A DNA stretch of 64,000 nucleotides, from assembly GCA_965235115.1 (NCBI GenBank), contig OZ249436.1, positions 49,166,001 to 49,230,000 of the forward strand, written 5' to 3'. Position numbers and translations under genes: made by a program. Below are positions 25,838-37,939 of this stretch, piece by piece. The notes under the pieces were generated by a model, which saw only the letters and a list, made by a program, of their open reading frames with translations, was not told the DNA's origin and searched no databases. Position 1 is the first letter of the stretch. The number at the start of each line of letters is the position of its first letter. The stretch is from Laetmonice hystrix. Lineage: Eukaryota.

Positions 25838-26201
25838 GTAGGACACAGGCCTGACTGCTTCTTCATCACCTCGCTTAATTAAGATATTGATGTGTGTGGG
25901 GTATATGTCCTCTATCTATGCTCTATGTTATTAAATAAAAATAACATGTGTTGTTCTTAGTATAATACATCTTAACATAGACTGTAGGGGTGGGTACAGA
26001 GGGGTAGGAAAAGACATTTTGTGACGAGTATAGCAAGGTGGGAAAGAGCATATACCTCCCGTTGAAAGCCCCCCCCCCCTCCCACCGCGCCTATCTAAAA
26101 TCCTGGATCAGCCCCTATAGGCCTGTATACACAACACTACATTAAACATACAGGCTTGAATAGATCAGTTAAGTTATTGGAATAAAGCAAGGTACTTTGA
26201 A

Positions 26202-26903
26202 ATGTAGGACACAGCAGGGCCCTGCCATTGCAAGTGGCCGTCATGTAGGACACAGCAGGGCCCTGTCATTGCAAGTGGCCATCATGTAGGACACAGCAGG
26301 GCCCTGCCATTGCAAGTGGCCATCATGTAGGACACAGCAGGGCCCTGCCATTGCAAGTGGCCATCATGTAGGACACAGCAGGGCCCTGCCCTTGCAAGTG
26401 GCCATCATGTAGGACACAGCAGGGCCCTGCCCTTGCAAGTGGCTATCATGTAGGACACAGCAGGGCCCTGCCATTGCAAGTGGCCACATCATGTAGGACA
26501 CAGCAGGGCCCTGCCCTTGCAAGTGGCCATCATGTAGGACACAGCAGGGCCCTGCCATTGCAAGTGGCTATCATGTAGGACACAGCAGGGCCCTGCCATT
26601 GCAAGTGGCTATCATGTAGGACACAGCAGGGCCCTGCCATTGCAAGTGGCCATCATGTAGGACACAGCAGGGCCCTGCCATTGCAAGTGGCCATCATGTA
26701 GGACACAGCAGGGCCCTGCCATTGCAAGTGGCTATCATGTAGGACACAGCAGGGCCCTGCCATTGCAAGTGGCTATCATGTAGGACACAGCAGGGCCCTG
26801 CCATTGCAAGTGGCCATCATGTAGGACACAGCAGGGCCCTGCCATTGCAAGTGGCCAACATGTAGGACACAGCAGGGTCCTGCCCTTGCAAGTGGCCATC
26901 ATG
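26202..26903 (+). repeat. 41-bp minisatellite (atgtaggacacagcagggccctgccattgcaagtggccatc), ~17 units
   Basis: Direct inspection. Confidence 0.95.
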
Positions 26904-27148
26904 TTGCAATGTGATGTCTGAGATGTTTGAACCAATCACATGGTCTGTGTGAAAGCCGCGGTCGAGAGTCATGTCACATCGTGCCTGGTTTGAACAAAAC
27001 TATTTTACAATACCAAGAGTTTCTCGTACAGGTAATATGGGCCATTATTAATGTAACATACACCTGTGTTATCACAGTAACTAACCAGTAAGGCTCCATT
27101 ATTGCTGGTATGGTGTTGGTTCCCCCCCCCCCCCCGCCAGTGGTGACA

Positions 27149-27488
27149 TGGTTTGATTTGTGGCTCTCCCTGCCGTCAGTCAAGTTCTCGTACCGTCAGC
27201 TGACGTGTGGCCCCCGAGTCCCGCCACCCTGATGGTTTGATTTGTGGCGTTCCCTGCCGTCAGTCAGGTTCTCATACCGGGCGTGTGGTCCCCGCTCCCC
27301 AGTCCCGCCACCCTGATGGTTTGATTCGTGGCGTTCCCTGCCGTCAGTCAGGTTCTCGTACTGTCAGCTGGCGTGTGGCCCCCGCCCCCGAGTCCCGCCA
27401 CCCTGATGGTTTGATTTGTGGCGTTCCCTGCCGTCAGTCAGGTTCTCATACCGGGCGTGTGGCCCCCGCTCCCCAGTCCCGCCACCAC
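27149..27488 (+). repeat. GC-rich ~85-bp repeat x4 in an A-B-A-B arrangement
   Basis: tggtttgatttgtggcgttccctgccgtcagtcaggttctc...gtcccgccacc; alternate units carry gtcagctg or cggg. Confidence 0.9.
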
Positions 27489-29495
27489 AACATCGGGCGA
27501 CAAACTTCACAACAAACCACAACCCGCACCTGTCGTCGGTCAGCGGCGACCTGGTCGTCACGGCGCGGGGCTAATCAATGTCAGCGGGGGGACGGGTCAA
27601 ACTGGCTAACCGCAATCTCACACCTTCACCCCTACCTTCTGTCACGATACCCTGGCACATTGTGCACGGCATGGGTATGACACAGGCACGTGGCTCGGAC
27701 GTCAACATCACCCATGTCAAGCTTCGAGATAACGCCAGCCCGTGGAAGTCAAATATCTACTTTGGTGACAATACTCTATAGGATAATTAGCTATGAGGGC
27801 TGATTTTCCTTAGCCAAAAGGTAAAAAAAAATATACGGGGCAATTAAGAATTATTTGAAACATGCCTAGACCTATCTTTGTGCCCTGGTGTGCTGGGGAA
27901 ATGGTCCTCACAATTGTGATGAACGAAAAAAAGAATATAATGTTATCCTCTGAATTTAAAGAATTACAATGTATATTGAGGTTTCAAAATTCAAAGTTAA
28001 TCTACCTGGAACATAAGTTTCTTATTCATCATCTCCTGACAGATTCCTCAACGTCTTAACTATAACTAGGTCACACTGACCTAATTCTCCGACCCAATAC
28101 CGTTTTTTTCTGGCATATTTCGCGGCAAGCGATTGTTAAATGAGGTTAGGTTTGTTTTGGCGGGGAAAAATCGATTGTCACTGGGTGCCCCCATAGACCC
28201 GGGGGTCACTGGGGTGGCTGTACCGTCTGTACCCCGCTACGTATTAAGCACGCGTGTACCGGTACTTATTTAGCGGTTTATTCACCTTGCACCCCATGGC
28301 AGGCGCCCCACCCAACCCCACCCACCCATCTTTACCCCAGGACAAAGCCGGGATGGTCGGGTGGCTTGTGGCCGTCCCTGCCGCCGCCAGAGGGGGCGAC
28401 CATCTGTTCACTAACCTGGACGCCGAACTCGGGCCGATCGTGTGGTCGAATCGAGGCTGTGCAGAGGGCGCTATAGATGATGCTCATATAGATGCATCCA
28501 GGAGCACCCTAATAACTCCTGCCTCAGTGCATGCGTGCATGGTGCAATCAAGATAAGCTAAGGTGTATTATGACAAGCAAAGAAACACGCTTGCAAGGAC
28601 TTCAGAAAGAGGACGATTATTGTAACGTGTTAGCACGCCACCCGTTTGGGATTCCATGGTTGGGAGCTCATGGATGCTTGGACACGGTTCACTGATCTCC
28701 AGGTTGTGTGCCTGGCCCCGTCCTGGGTCACTGACTCCATGTACCGCTATAGACTCTGTACCTTGACCACGAGGAGGCTGACAGAGGCTCAGATCTGTAT
28801 GTATATATTAGACATACCTATATGCCTATACTAGGAACAAACAACAGGATCCCAACTGTTTAGACAGGTAGGATGTCATAATTAGTTCAGTTTGACAATG
28901 GGACTATTGTCATTATAAGGTCGTGCGGGAAGCGTTGACAGCAGGGTGGAATCAATATATGTAATGCCTATAATAATTAACTTTGGATTAACTTACATAC
29001 AAGTTCTTCAAAATCTTTTAACAAGATGTAGCACAAAAGAGTTTGATGCAAGTCATGCAAGAGTTTTGAAGGTATGATATCGAGGCATGAACCTTCTTTC
29101 CACACCTCGGCCCGGCCTTAATTTCCTTGAGAGGATGACATGAAACAGTGCAGTTGATGACTTAATTGTCAATATCTGTAATAGAATAAATGTTTTTACA
29201 TCAGTAAGTAAGCCAAATACAGGGTAATTATATTTACCGGTCATTCACTGGTATGTAAAACAGGAAATGTTGAAAGGTGTTTCTGCTATCATAATGGGCG
29301 TCTCAGTACCAGATTGACAGCTCGACACGTAAAGAAAACTTTATTTGAGTCAGGATATTCATTGCCTAATATTATTGCAGTAATTCATAGTGTGGGAGCA
29401 TTTGTTTATCCTTATTATATGCCGTATGAAGTTGTCAGAAGATATTGAGAGATTTGTAAAACAAATAATGATTACGATGATATTGTTTGTTTCAG

Positions 29496-29578
29496 TGTAT
29501 TGAGAACCTACATTACAGCGACCTGCTCAACAGCTCCATGAGCGAGACGTCCTCTGTCACCATGCCACAATCAGTGAG
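29496..29578 (+). CDS. RASGRF: RasGRF exon G (CIENLHYSDLLNSSMSETSSVTMPQSVR), phase 0 to 2
   Basis: ttgtttgtttcag| acceptor; GAG|gtaagt donor; 83 nt; not in the ORF track, found by phase and motif. Confidence 0.92.
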
Positions 29579-31512
29579 GTAAGTTTACCACTGACCCTAC
29601 CCCCCCCCCCTCCCAGACGTACCGTCGTCACAACACCCCGTCCGACCAGCCCCATCAACACGGTAGGCTGTTGCCGACACCGAGAGCTGGTCAGTGGCAA
29701 TCACCGGGTTCACTACACTTAGCGTCACGTTAGTCATTTTTATCTGTTCTCTCAAGGGTAGGAACTTTGAAGGGACGGTTATGCGCCGATGAAAGTTGTC
29801 TCTAAAACTGACTTGGTTTCGAATCAAACTGAATTGTCAAGAGGCCAAATGCAGAATATACATGGGTGAATGTTTAGGTACACTCCGAACTTCGACAAAT
29901 TTAATATCATTTTTCATTTAAAAAATGAATTGAAGAGTACGTTTTAAATAAGATCTTGAAAAGGAATTTATATTCAAAATAGATATATGACCTTTTTAAA
30001 GGTTAACGAAAAGCTAAGGATTAAGGTAACAACGTTAAAAAATAATCTTTAAAATTTAATAATGACCATGATAGGCTAAGCTGTTTTAAAAAATTCAGAA
30101 TTATGTAAATGTAGATATATGGAATATATATTCCTAGTTCACCATGCTAAACCTTGTGGTGTGGGGGCAGGGAGGAGGAAGGTTATATAGTAGTAGAAAC
30201 ACTACGAAAATACCGAATCTACGCTTCCAAATGTCGCACAATAATGTTATTGATATATATCTTAATTAGATTAAGTTTATTTATTAGTGGAGGCCTGGTA
30301 ATGTGCCTGTTGGCGTAATGAGCCTCATTAATGGTCTAGTAACAGACGATCTCATCCCCTACACCTGCCCCCGTTTAGTAGTTTATTGCTTTTGTCTTTA
30401 ACGTTTCACCCGAAATTTATGCTGCACCGAGTGAGGATTAAATATGTATTTTTGTCCTGCCTCGAGACCCTCAGGGTGAGAAACTCGTCCGTTTCGTGGG
30501 TGATTGAATTATTCATGGGCGTCGTCGTCGTCGTCAGTTTGTTCACACGTGTGCCTTCACATCCTGGCCATGTTAGCCACTCGTCAGTCCCAAATTGTGG
30601 GTTTCGAAATGATACTTTGGATGCAATCGTAGATCTCCACCGATGTGGGATGCTTTGTGTTGGGTGAGAAAGCAACCACAGTATCAAGGAGACAATAAAA
30701 CTTCTCTCTGAGCTTAGAAAACTTGAAGCTAATGTCGAGTGTTAACACTGGATAGATTTTAATTAATGATGACCAGTCCTCAGTCTGAGCTGGAGGGGTT
30801 ATTGAGTGCAGGAGATCGTATAACTGGCTCGGGTTGAACGCTGGGGTTGGACGAGTGACCAGTGTCCGAACGCGGTGGTCAGTAGGCGGTCATCCAGGGC
30901 ACCGAGTGGGGTAACAATAGGCGGATGGACGGGACATCTGTTCGTGAGACCCCCACCCCAGTCCCACACCCCCACCCTGACCCTGACCAGTGGGCCCACC
31001 CCTCCCCTCACAATACACCGTTAACCCACAGCACGACCCGCGGGATGACCCCATGTAAGAATCTTCACAGTTTTACTTTTATCAAAAGGTTGGATTAAAA
31101 CTTTTGTTTCCAGAGAGTTCCGCCACGTTGGTGGAGGTGTCAGTCCTAATTATTGCATAACTATGATAAGTATGGAATAAATCAAAATATTTCCTGACAG
31201 ACGGTAGAACAATAACATTAAATTTCAGTTATTGTAGCATGTCCCTCGTAACAAATCTCAGACGTGATTACTTTTGATGTCGTGATTTCCAGTGCAAGTA
31301 CAGATATATTTCTGTGACCACCAAATCAATTAATTGTTCTCCCAGACCCTAATATTGACCCATGTGGTATAACTATAGTAGCATTAGCAGAAGAAAATGG
31401 ATAAACTGTAAATAATTTATAAGCCAGTCAGGCATAAAATGTGATGAAGAATATCAAAGGACGGAGGGAATGACTGCTACTACATTCTGAGCTTTCCCAC
31501 AGAACTTTAAAC

Positions 31513-31676
31513 AAAGACTTTCTCGTGGACAGACGAGTGCCAGAACCATAGAGTAGAGAATAAAACTGTTATAAACTTCACCAGGAACTATCGGTAAAAA
31601 GACTTTCTCGTGGACAGACGAGTGCCAGAACCATAGAGTATAGAATAAAACTGTTATAAACTTCACCAGGAACTAG
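31513..31676 (+). repeat. ~85-bp tandem duplication
   Basis: aaagactttctcgtggacagacgagtgccagaaccatagag...cttcaccaggaacta occurs twice. Confidence 0.9.
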
Positions 31677-34600
31677 ATCTATCGGTAATTATTTTGATAT
31701 GGCACTGATAGAGAAACTCGCGATCAGTTGTAGTTATTTACGCTAGATGTCTTTCTGCTCTAAAGCATAAGCCGCTAAAAAACATTTATTTGTTGTACGA
31801 CCTTTGTATTATATGGCCGACTTGTCAAATCTGAGGTATGGAAGTATAAATTATAAAGATAAAGATTACTTTAATGACTGGTGCTTGCCTCGTATGATAG
31901 TTCGACAAACAAAGACATATAAATGTATAGAAAATTACTTCATGTCAAAGTTGTAGTATCCTAATGCCCTTGACTTAAGAAAGCATTAAAGTAGTTATAA
32001 AAAGGTCAAAGACAGTTATTGACCCAACGAAAGGTTATGTACACGGTGAACAAGTGAACACAGTCATAATTATTTTACTCGCTAGGGAATTCCTTCATTT
32101 GTGTTCACAAAAACTGAAATATTGCATCATAGTTGAAACTGTTTTGACTACCTAGAGTGCTGCTAGTTTACCTATACTACGCTGATAGACATCGTCTTTC
32201 TTATAGATCACCATTTAGTTCCAATGTTCATATTGTGCTACATTCTTTAAACTTTACAGAAAAACATGCCAAATACAAAATTAAATATATCACACTAACA
32301 CATTAAAATATTCTTGATTTTAATTAAAACATTCGATATGAATCTACGATGTTGATTACTTAAATATGAAAAGGTGTCAAAAACAGGCGTTTTGATGCCT
32401 TTTGATGTATCTTAGACCATTTCAAAGTAAAGAAAATGAAACATGAAAGGAGTGTCTTAAAAAAAGTAGTAGCTCGGCGAAACATTCAGTGTAAATAGAC
32501 ACATTGAATACAAATTTGGCATGTTAACCTGTCTCCTAATTAATTTGAAGCTAAAAGGATTCTTTATTTATCAGGAAGTTTGTACATTATACCATGATGC
32601 ATGAGTCCAGAGAACATATGGCAAGCATGACCAATTTAAAGCATGTCTCTGGAGTTTTCGACTGTATAGCTCACTTATACCGACCTTGGTTCCTTGAATT
32701 TGTTGAAGACTTCTTACACAGGCTAGGTAAGAGGTGTATATCTATTTCAATTACCGGAATTAGCCTTTGTAATTAGGTTAATTAGGGCAGGTGAATATTA
32801 AGGTTTTGTACTGGTGCATGTAGTCGGGGCTATCGGAGGTTTAACTTGGACCTGGTTGAGGTGTTTGTATTGTAAAAAAAAATCTTGTCTTTTTTCTTTA
32901 CTAGGTATGTTTGCCATACCTAACTCTGCTAGGTCTTTGATAATCTAACTGTAAGAGGGTAAGGGACGAATGCTCTGAGCCATATTCCTTTAAATTTACC
33001 TACTTTAGCATGCAATACTGTGTGTTCCTGTAACGTTGTCTTTGTGAGGGTCGTTAATCTCCTCTCGCTATGTCGCTCTGTCCTCAAAAGAAAACTTAAA
33101 AAAGAAAAGCAAAGAAAGCCCTACCCGTTCCGTCAATGTGTTAACCGAGATTTAATTGGCTCTAGAGGGTCACATGATGACGTCATGTGTGATTGCTGGC
33201 TTCAAACCATGTGACTGTCGTACGACTCAGCTAATATTGGCCTCTTCTCTCTGTCTGGGTTTGGTCTGTGCAGGTATATCCACAGCACACAAATCTGGTG
33301 AGTCTGGTGTTGCTATGCTGGTCCTCTTCATACCGTTTACAGGCAAGAACCAACTCGGGTTAACTATAACCAAATTATCCACTTTAAGAAATAATGTTGA
33401 GATCTAACTGTATAACAAGGTTATAAGGTGTTTTGGTTCAGTTAGATACATGTACCTCCAAAAAGTGACTTTTGAGCTTTGGGAAAATATCCATCGGTTC
33501 AGATGTTGACTAGATCGTTTAATGGAGTAATTGACTGATTGCTTGATTCATGATTTAATTAAAAGAGTATCTCCTGCGTTCTTGCCTGGGTGTAACGGTG
33601 TAGAGGATTATAATGCTCTTTTATCCATATTCCTACCCCTCCTTTCTCCAACATGTCAATAGTTACAAAATACACACCTTTTGCAACGTTGACAGCTCAA
33701 ACTGCCTCTACTAACCAACTACCAAAGCTATCGTATCCTGGTTGTCAGCAAAAGCTGCTGCTTCCCCAGTATTCCTTCTCACGTCATTGTAGATGATATG
33801 TACATGTCCGAGTAAGGATATAATCCAATGAACTAAAGGTTCTACCTCTATACGCTATAATATTTAAAAACAGAGTTCTTACTTAAAACAGGCTTTAAAC
33901 AAAAATGATTTTACGCCATTAGTCCTGCGCACAGACCCAGGTTCCCAGTGTAAATGAATCCAGTCTCTACATCACAGGTGAACTCTATACACTTATGGCC
34001 CCAAAGACAAACTTCACATTCAGTTGATAGAAATATTTCCATATTCAATCAATCAGCTAACTCACCTAACGCGTACAGCATGGATTGATCTAACACAGCG
34101 AAATCTTACATATCTGCACACATCCTGTCATTCACTTTCTTTTTCTATACACACTTTACTTATATCCTACTGAAAACCAAAAAAAGTGATAAGAAATTAA
34201 TAAAAACACTTGGGTGGAATCCCCTCCATATTTATGTGGTCATGATGCCTTTTCTTGATCGTTTTTTGGTTGATACGGGTACCTTGCGTAGTTTTCTGTT
34301 TGGTACCTGCTGGGTCATGTGAAAATGTAATGTGGCTGTCCAACTCTGGTTGTATGTGTCGACCACAGTCAGACGTTCCGTTTTTTCACCCTCAGATTGT
34401 TTTTTTTATCAGAAGAGCAACAGATTTTAGAAAAGATATTTTACTTAGTGGTAGATAACAGTGTACAGACGTCAAAAAGCTGGAAACTAGGTTTCTAAAA
34501 CTTTTCTTTTAATGTGAGGATGTTGTGTCTTGTTATGAACTTGGGTCAGTTTTTCTTTAAAAAAACAGTGTCCCTCTCCAGTTTCAATATATTCTATTCC

Positions 34601-36674
34601 ACTTGCAGGTTCAATTTTTTCTTCCTCAGTAGCCTTACTAGAACAAAATGCATGTCCAGCATGAAATTCTATTTTCACGTAAAAGTTTTTTTCTATTTTT
34701 GAAGGGTATGTTCTTTTTTTACTCTCTTTGATTTGGGATGTGTCTGACGTGTATACATTAAGTGTAGAAATTTAGCTCTTGATGATGCAATATTTCAAGG
34801 TCTCACTGCATGTAATTAGGTGAAACTGACAAATGATGTTACTCAAACAATGTAACACCAACAAAGTAATTCCCCGCACGAAGGTGCAGCTGATCCAATA
34901 CCCATGTCTGAGAGATGAGCTTACGTAATAGAACATTGTCAATTCCCTCTCCACCGTTGTCCACATGTGTTTAGTTGGAGGTGTAAAGGTGCCCTTGTGC
35001 CCTCAACAAGTCGTCTCCTAGCGTTCCCTGGTTTCGTTTGTATTTTCTCCCAGAAGTTGGAGCCGAGGTTAACTTCTGAGTGTGTTTTGTTTGTGTTCTG
35101 TTGTGTCCAGGCTAGGGAGCAAGGAGCTTGGCCGAGCCAAGGTTCCGACTGAACTTCTCCCTGCTATGATAAAAAGGCTAGTTGACTAGAACAAGACCTC
35201 GCTTATTTATAGTCTCATCTCCCTCTGTATGTACATGTATATGATATGTATACGTACATGTTGATACATGTACTCTCTATGTCTCTCACTGACCGTTAGC
35301 ACTGCAGCCATCCAAGGCTGGTTGGTACGCACTGCCCAGGCACTGGTGATAGGGCGGTGACTCAGACTCATTTACTCATTTACTCATTTACTCATTCTCT
35401 CATTCAGCCAGACGTCTCCATTCATTACTCATTTCATTATTTATAATCCATTTTACATTTATTATTGCTGCTATTGGCTTATAAGGCTCTCTATCTATAT
35501 TATATTTATTATTACACACTTCAGAATTTCTGAAGTTTTAGCCATGCGCTGTCTTGCATCTTGGGAAACTTGCTTTTTTAAGCTTTAAAAACTCTCCGCC
35601 GTAAACGGACTGAGTGCGTAAGGTATTATATGACCAGACTTTATCACGATTATCTGTATCAGTCTAATCTAGACCACAAGGGCATGCAATCTCCCTCACC
35701 CATTCATGAGACAAACATATGAAACGGACTTTTCACAAAACTGCATCGTGGTAACTAATTAGAGAGGCCTTATATTAAGACCTTGCATGTTTATAGATAA
35801 GTTGAAAATTACAAACAAGTATTTCATGAACTAAATGTAAGTGTTTTAACAGTAGTCTTATGAATTGTTTAAAGTATCGCAAGATATTCGATGGTATAAA
35901 AACATGCAAGGAAAACAGAGGTCATAAGATTTGTCTACAGAAGTGTTATACTTGTAGTGAGGTCCGTTTGATTGCACCTCATAATTGTTACCATTTGGTG
36001 GAGGTATTGGCACTCCAACATCACACAGTTCGCTTGTACACAATGATCAAATCATACCAGTGATCATGTGTCGTTCATATCATCAGTTTATCGCTATCAT
36101 ATTCGGTAATGCATACTGTATTTTTATTTACATATTCCTTCATGTTGATTGACTCTTCTTCATGTCTGATTCCAATGACAGATATGAGTGAGACGAGATC
36201 TAGCCTGATCCTCTTACAGATTTTGGTCTTGGAGAGTTTTGCATCTCGCATGACTTCTGGTTTTGAGATTTATTTCCCCATGGAATGATGGGTTAGTACA
36301 AACTCACTGGCCATTAAGCAACGAGTAGCTCCACAGATTATCCTTCAATATTGATCTTATTGTCAAATTTGGTTTCTCCAAAGCATCCTTTCTTTCTTCA
36401 TTCATTCTTCACTATCTCTTTCTCTATCTCTTACCTGTGTTCCTCTCCGAGTCTCTCTTTGTTATGTCCCTATCTCTTCAGAATAATGTATGAGTCTTCG
36501 GTTTCTCTCGGCAGATAAACATTGATTGTAGAAGATGATAATGGCCGGCTTGGTTTGTGTTAGTCCACTCATTCCGCTACCTCCATCTCTAGGGAATCAA
36601 GTCCCACTTAGACTTAACAGTGTCGCTTTCTGCCATCTTCTCTGTCGTTCACCTGAGATCCTGTCTATCCTTAG

Positions 36675-36750
36675 GTCGGACCCCAAACTGTTCCGAGATG
36701 ATGTGGACATCAAGTTCAGTCGCACACTCAACTCGTGCAAAGTGCCCCAG
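36675..36750 (+). CDS. RASGRF: RasGRF exon H (SDPKLFRDDVDIKFSRTLNSCKVPQ), phase 2 to 0
   Basis: ctatccttag| acceptor; CAG|gtaagc donor; 76 nt. Confidence 0.96.
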
Positions 36751-36783
36751 GTAAGCTTTACGTGCTTTCTTCTTTCTTAATCT

Positions 36784-36978
36784 CGCCGCAAACTGTGGAG
36801 ACTTTGAACAACTCTACGAAACGGGAAAGTCGACGCCTCCCTGAAGACTGGTTGCCGATGATTAAACATGTTTATCTTCGCCAGAAATTAGTGGAGACTG
36901 CAGTCGGCAACCAGTCTTCAGGGAGTTGTCGACTTTTCAGTTTGGTGAAGTTGTTCAAAGTCTCTACAGTGTGCGGCG
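36784..36978. mobile_element. Palindromic (foldback) MITE in the intron between exons H and I
   Basis: Arms of ~75 bp (ccgcaaactgtggagactttgaacaact...ctccctgaagactggttgccga) are imperfect reverse complements; no TSD recognised. Confidence 0.8.
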
Positions 36979-37155
36979 GGCTTATGCCATATTGTGTGGT
37001 TGTCTGAGGCTGTTTGTTTGCGGTGTGGACAGTTGGTACATTCCGACGTACATTTACAGTTTGAGTAGAGAAGATCTAAAGGCTGGTATAAAGGAAACGA
37101 TTTTGACTTGAACCATGGTGTGAGTGTACTGAACGTGGTTCGTATTGTCCCATAG

Positions 37156-37376
37156 ATTCGCCACGCTTCAGTCGACCGCCTGTTGGACCGCCTGACCGAC
37201 CTCCGCTTCCTCAGTATAGACTTCCTAAACACGTTCCTGCTCACTTACCGAGTGTTCACCACTGGCAAGACGGTGTTAGAGGCTCTCCGCCGGGTCTATC
37301 GCCAGCCAGAGTACGGTAATCTGGAATCGGGGGGCGGCCAGCAACAACAGCAGCAGCAGCAGGAACCTTTACACAG
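37156..37376 (+). CDS. RASGRF: RasGRF exon I, REM N-part ([36 protein letters not shown]...GGGQ8EPLH), phase 0 to 2
   Basis: gtcccatag| acceptor; CAG|gtaagg donor; ends in a short polyQ. Confidence 0.96.
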
Positions 37377-37712
37377 GTAAGGGTGGGGTAGTCATTGGTC
37401 CGGGGGCACAGTAGTCGATAACCCAGACTGGACAACACAGGTCATCAACTCCTTCAGTCCTAGATATTCGCAGACCAGTGCATGATTTCAGTGGTTTAAC
37501 TGGATATCAGAGAGTAATGCAAGAGAAATTGTTCCAGTGAATGAGGGCTTTATCCTGCAGCAGTACTGGGAGGGTGTCTTGTGATGAAGGCGTTTTATTA
37601 GGACTTACCCAGACCTTTCCTAGCTGTCACTGATTGTTTCTGGTCGCCGGTTTTCGGACCACGTATTATTGTCCCTTGTGGTGTTAACGTTTATTCTTTT
37701 GTTTATCAACAG

Positions 37713-37939
37713 ACATTCCATCAATACAGTGACTCCATATACACATTCCACCCTGGACGGTCGTACAACCTGCAGCCCGCCACTACACAATGTCCAGTTT
37801 AGTAATACTCCTCCAATCTCCAAACACCTGATCAAACCACAGGCTGAGAAGATGCGGCGGATTAGTACAGGCAGCATGAAGATCGAGGTCACTGGAGAAA
37901 AAACACCATTAGACTTACATCACAGTGGATTCAAAAAGT
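37713..37939 (+). CDS. RASGRF: RasGRF exon J, REM insert (HSINTVTPY...KMRRISTGSMKIEVTGEKTPLDLHHSGFKK), phase 2 to 1
   Basis: ttttgtttatcaacag| acceptor; AGT|gtgagt donor; frame links exons I and K. Confidence 0.87.
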
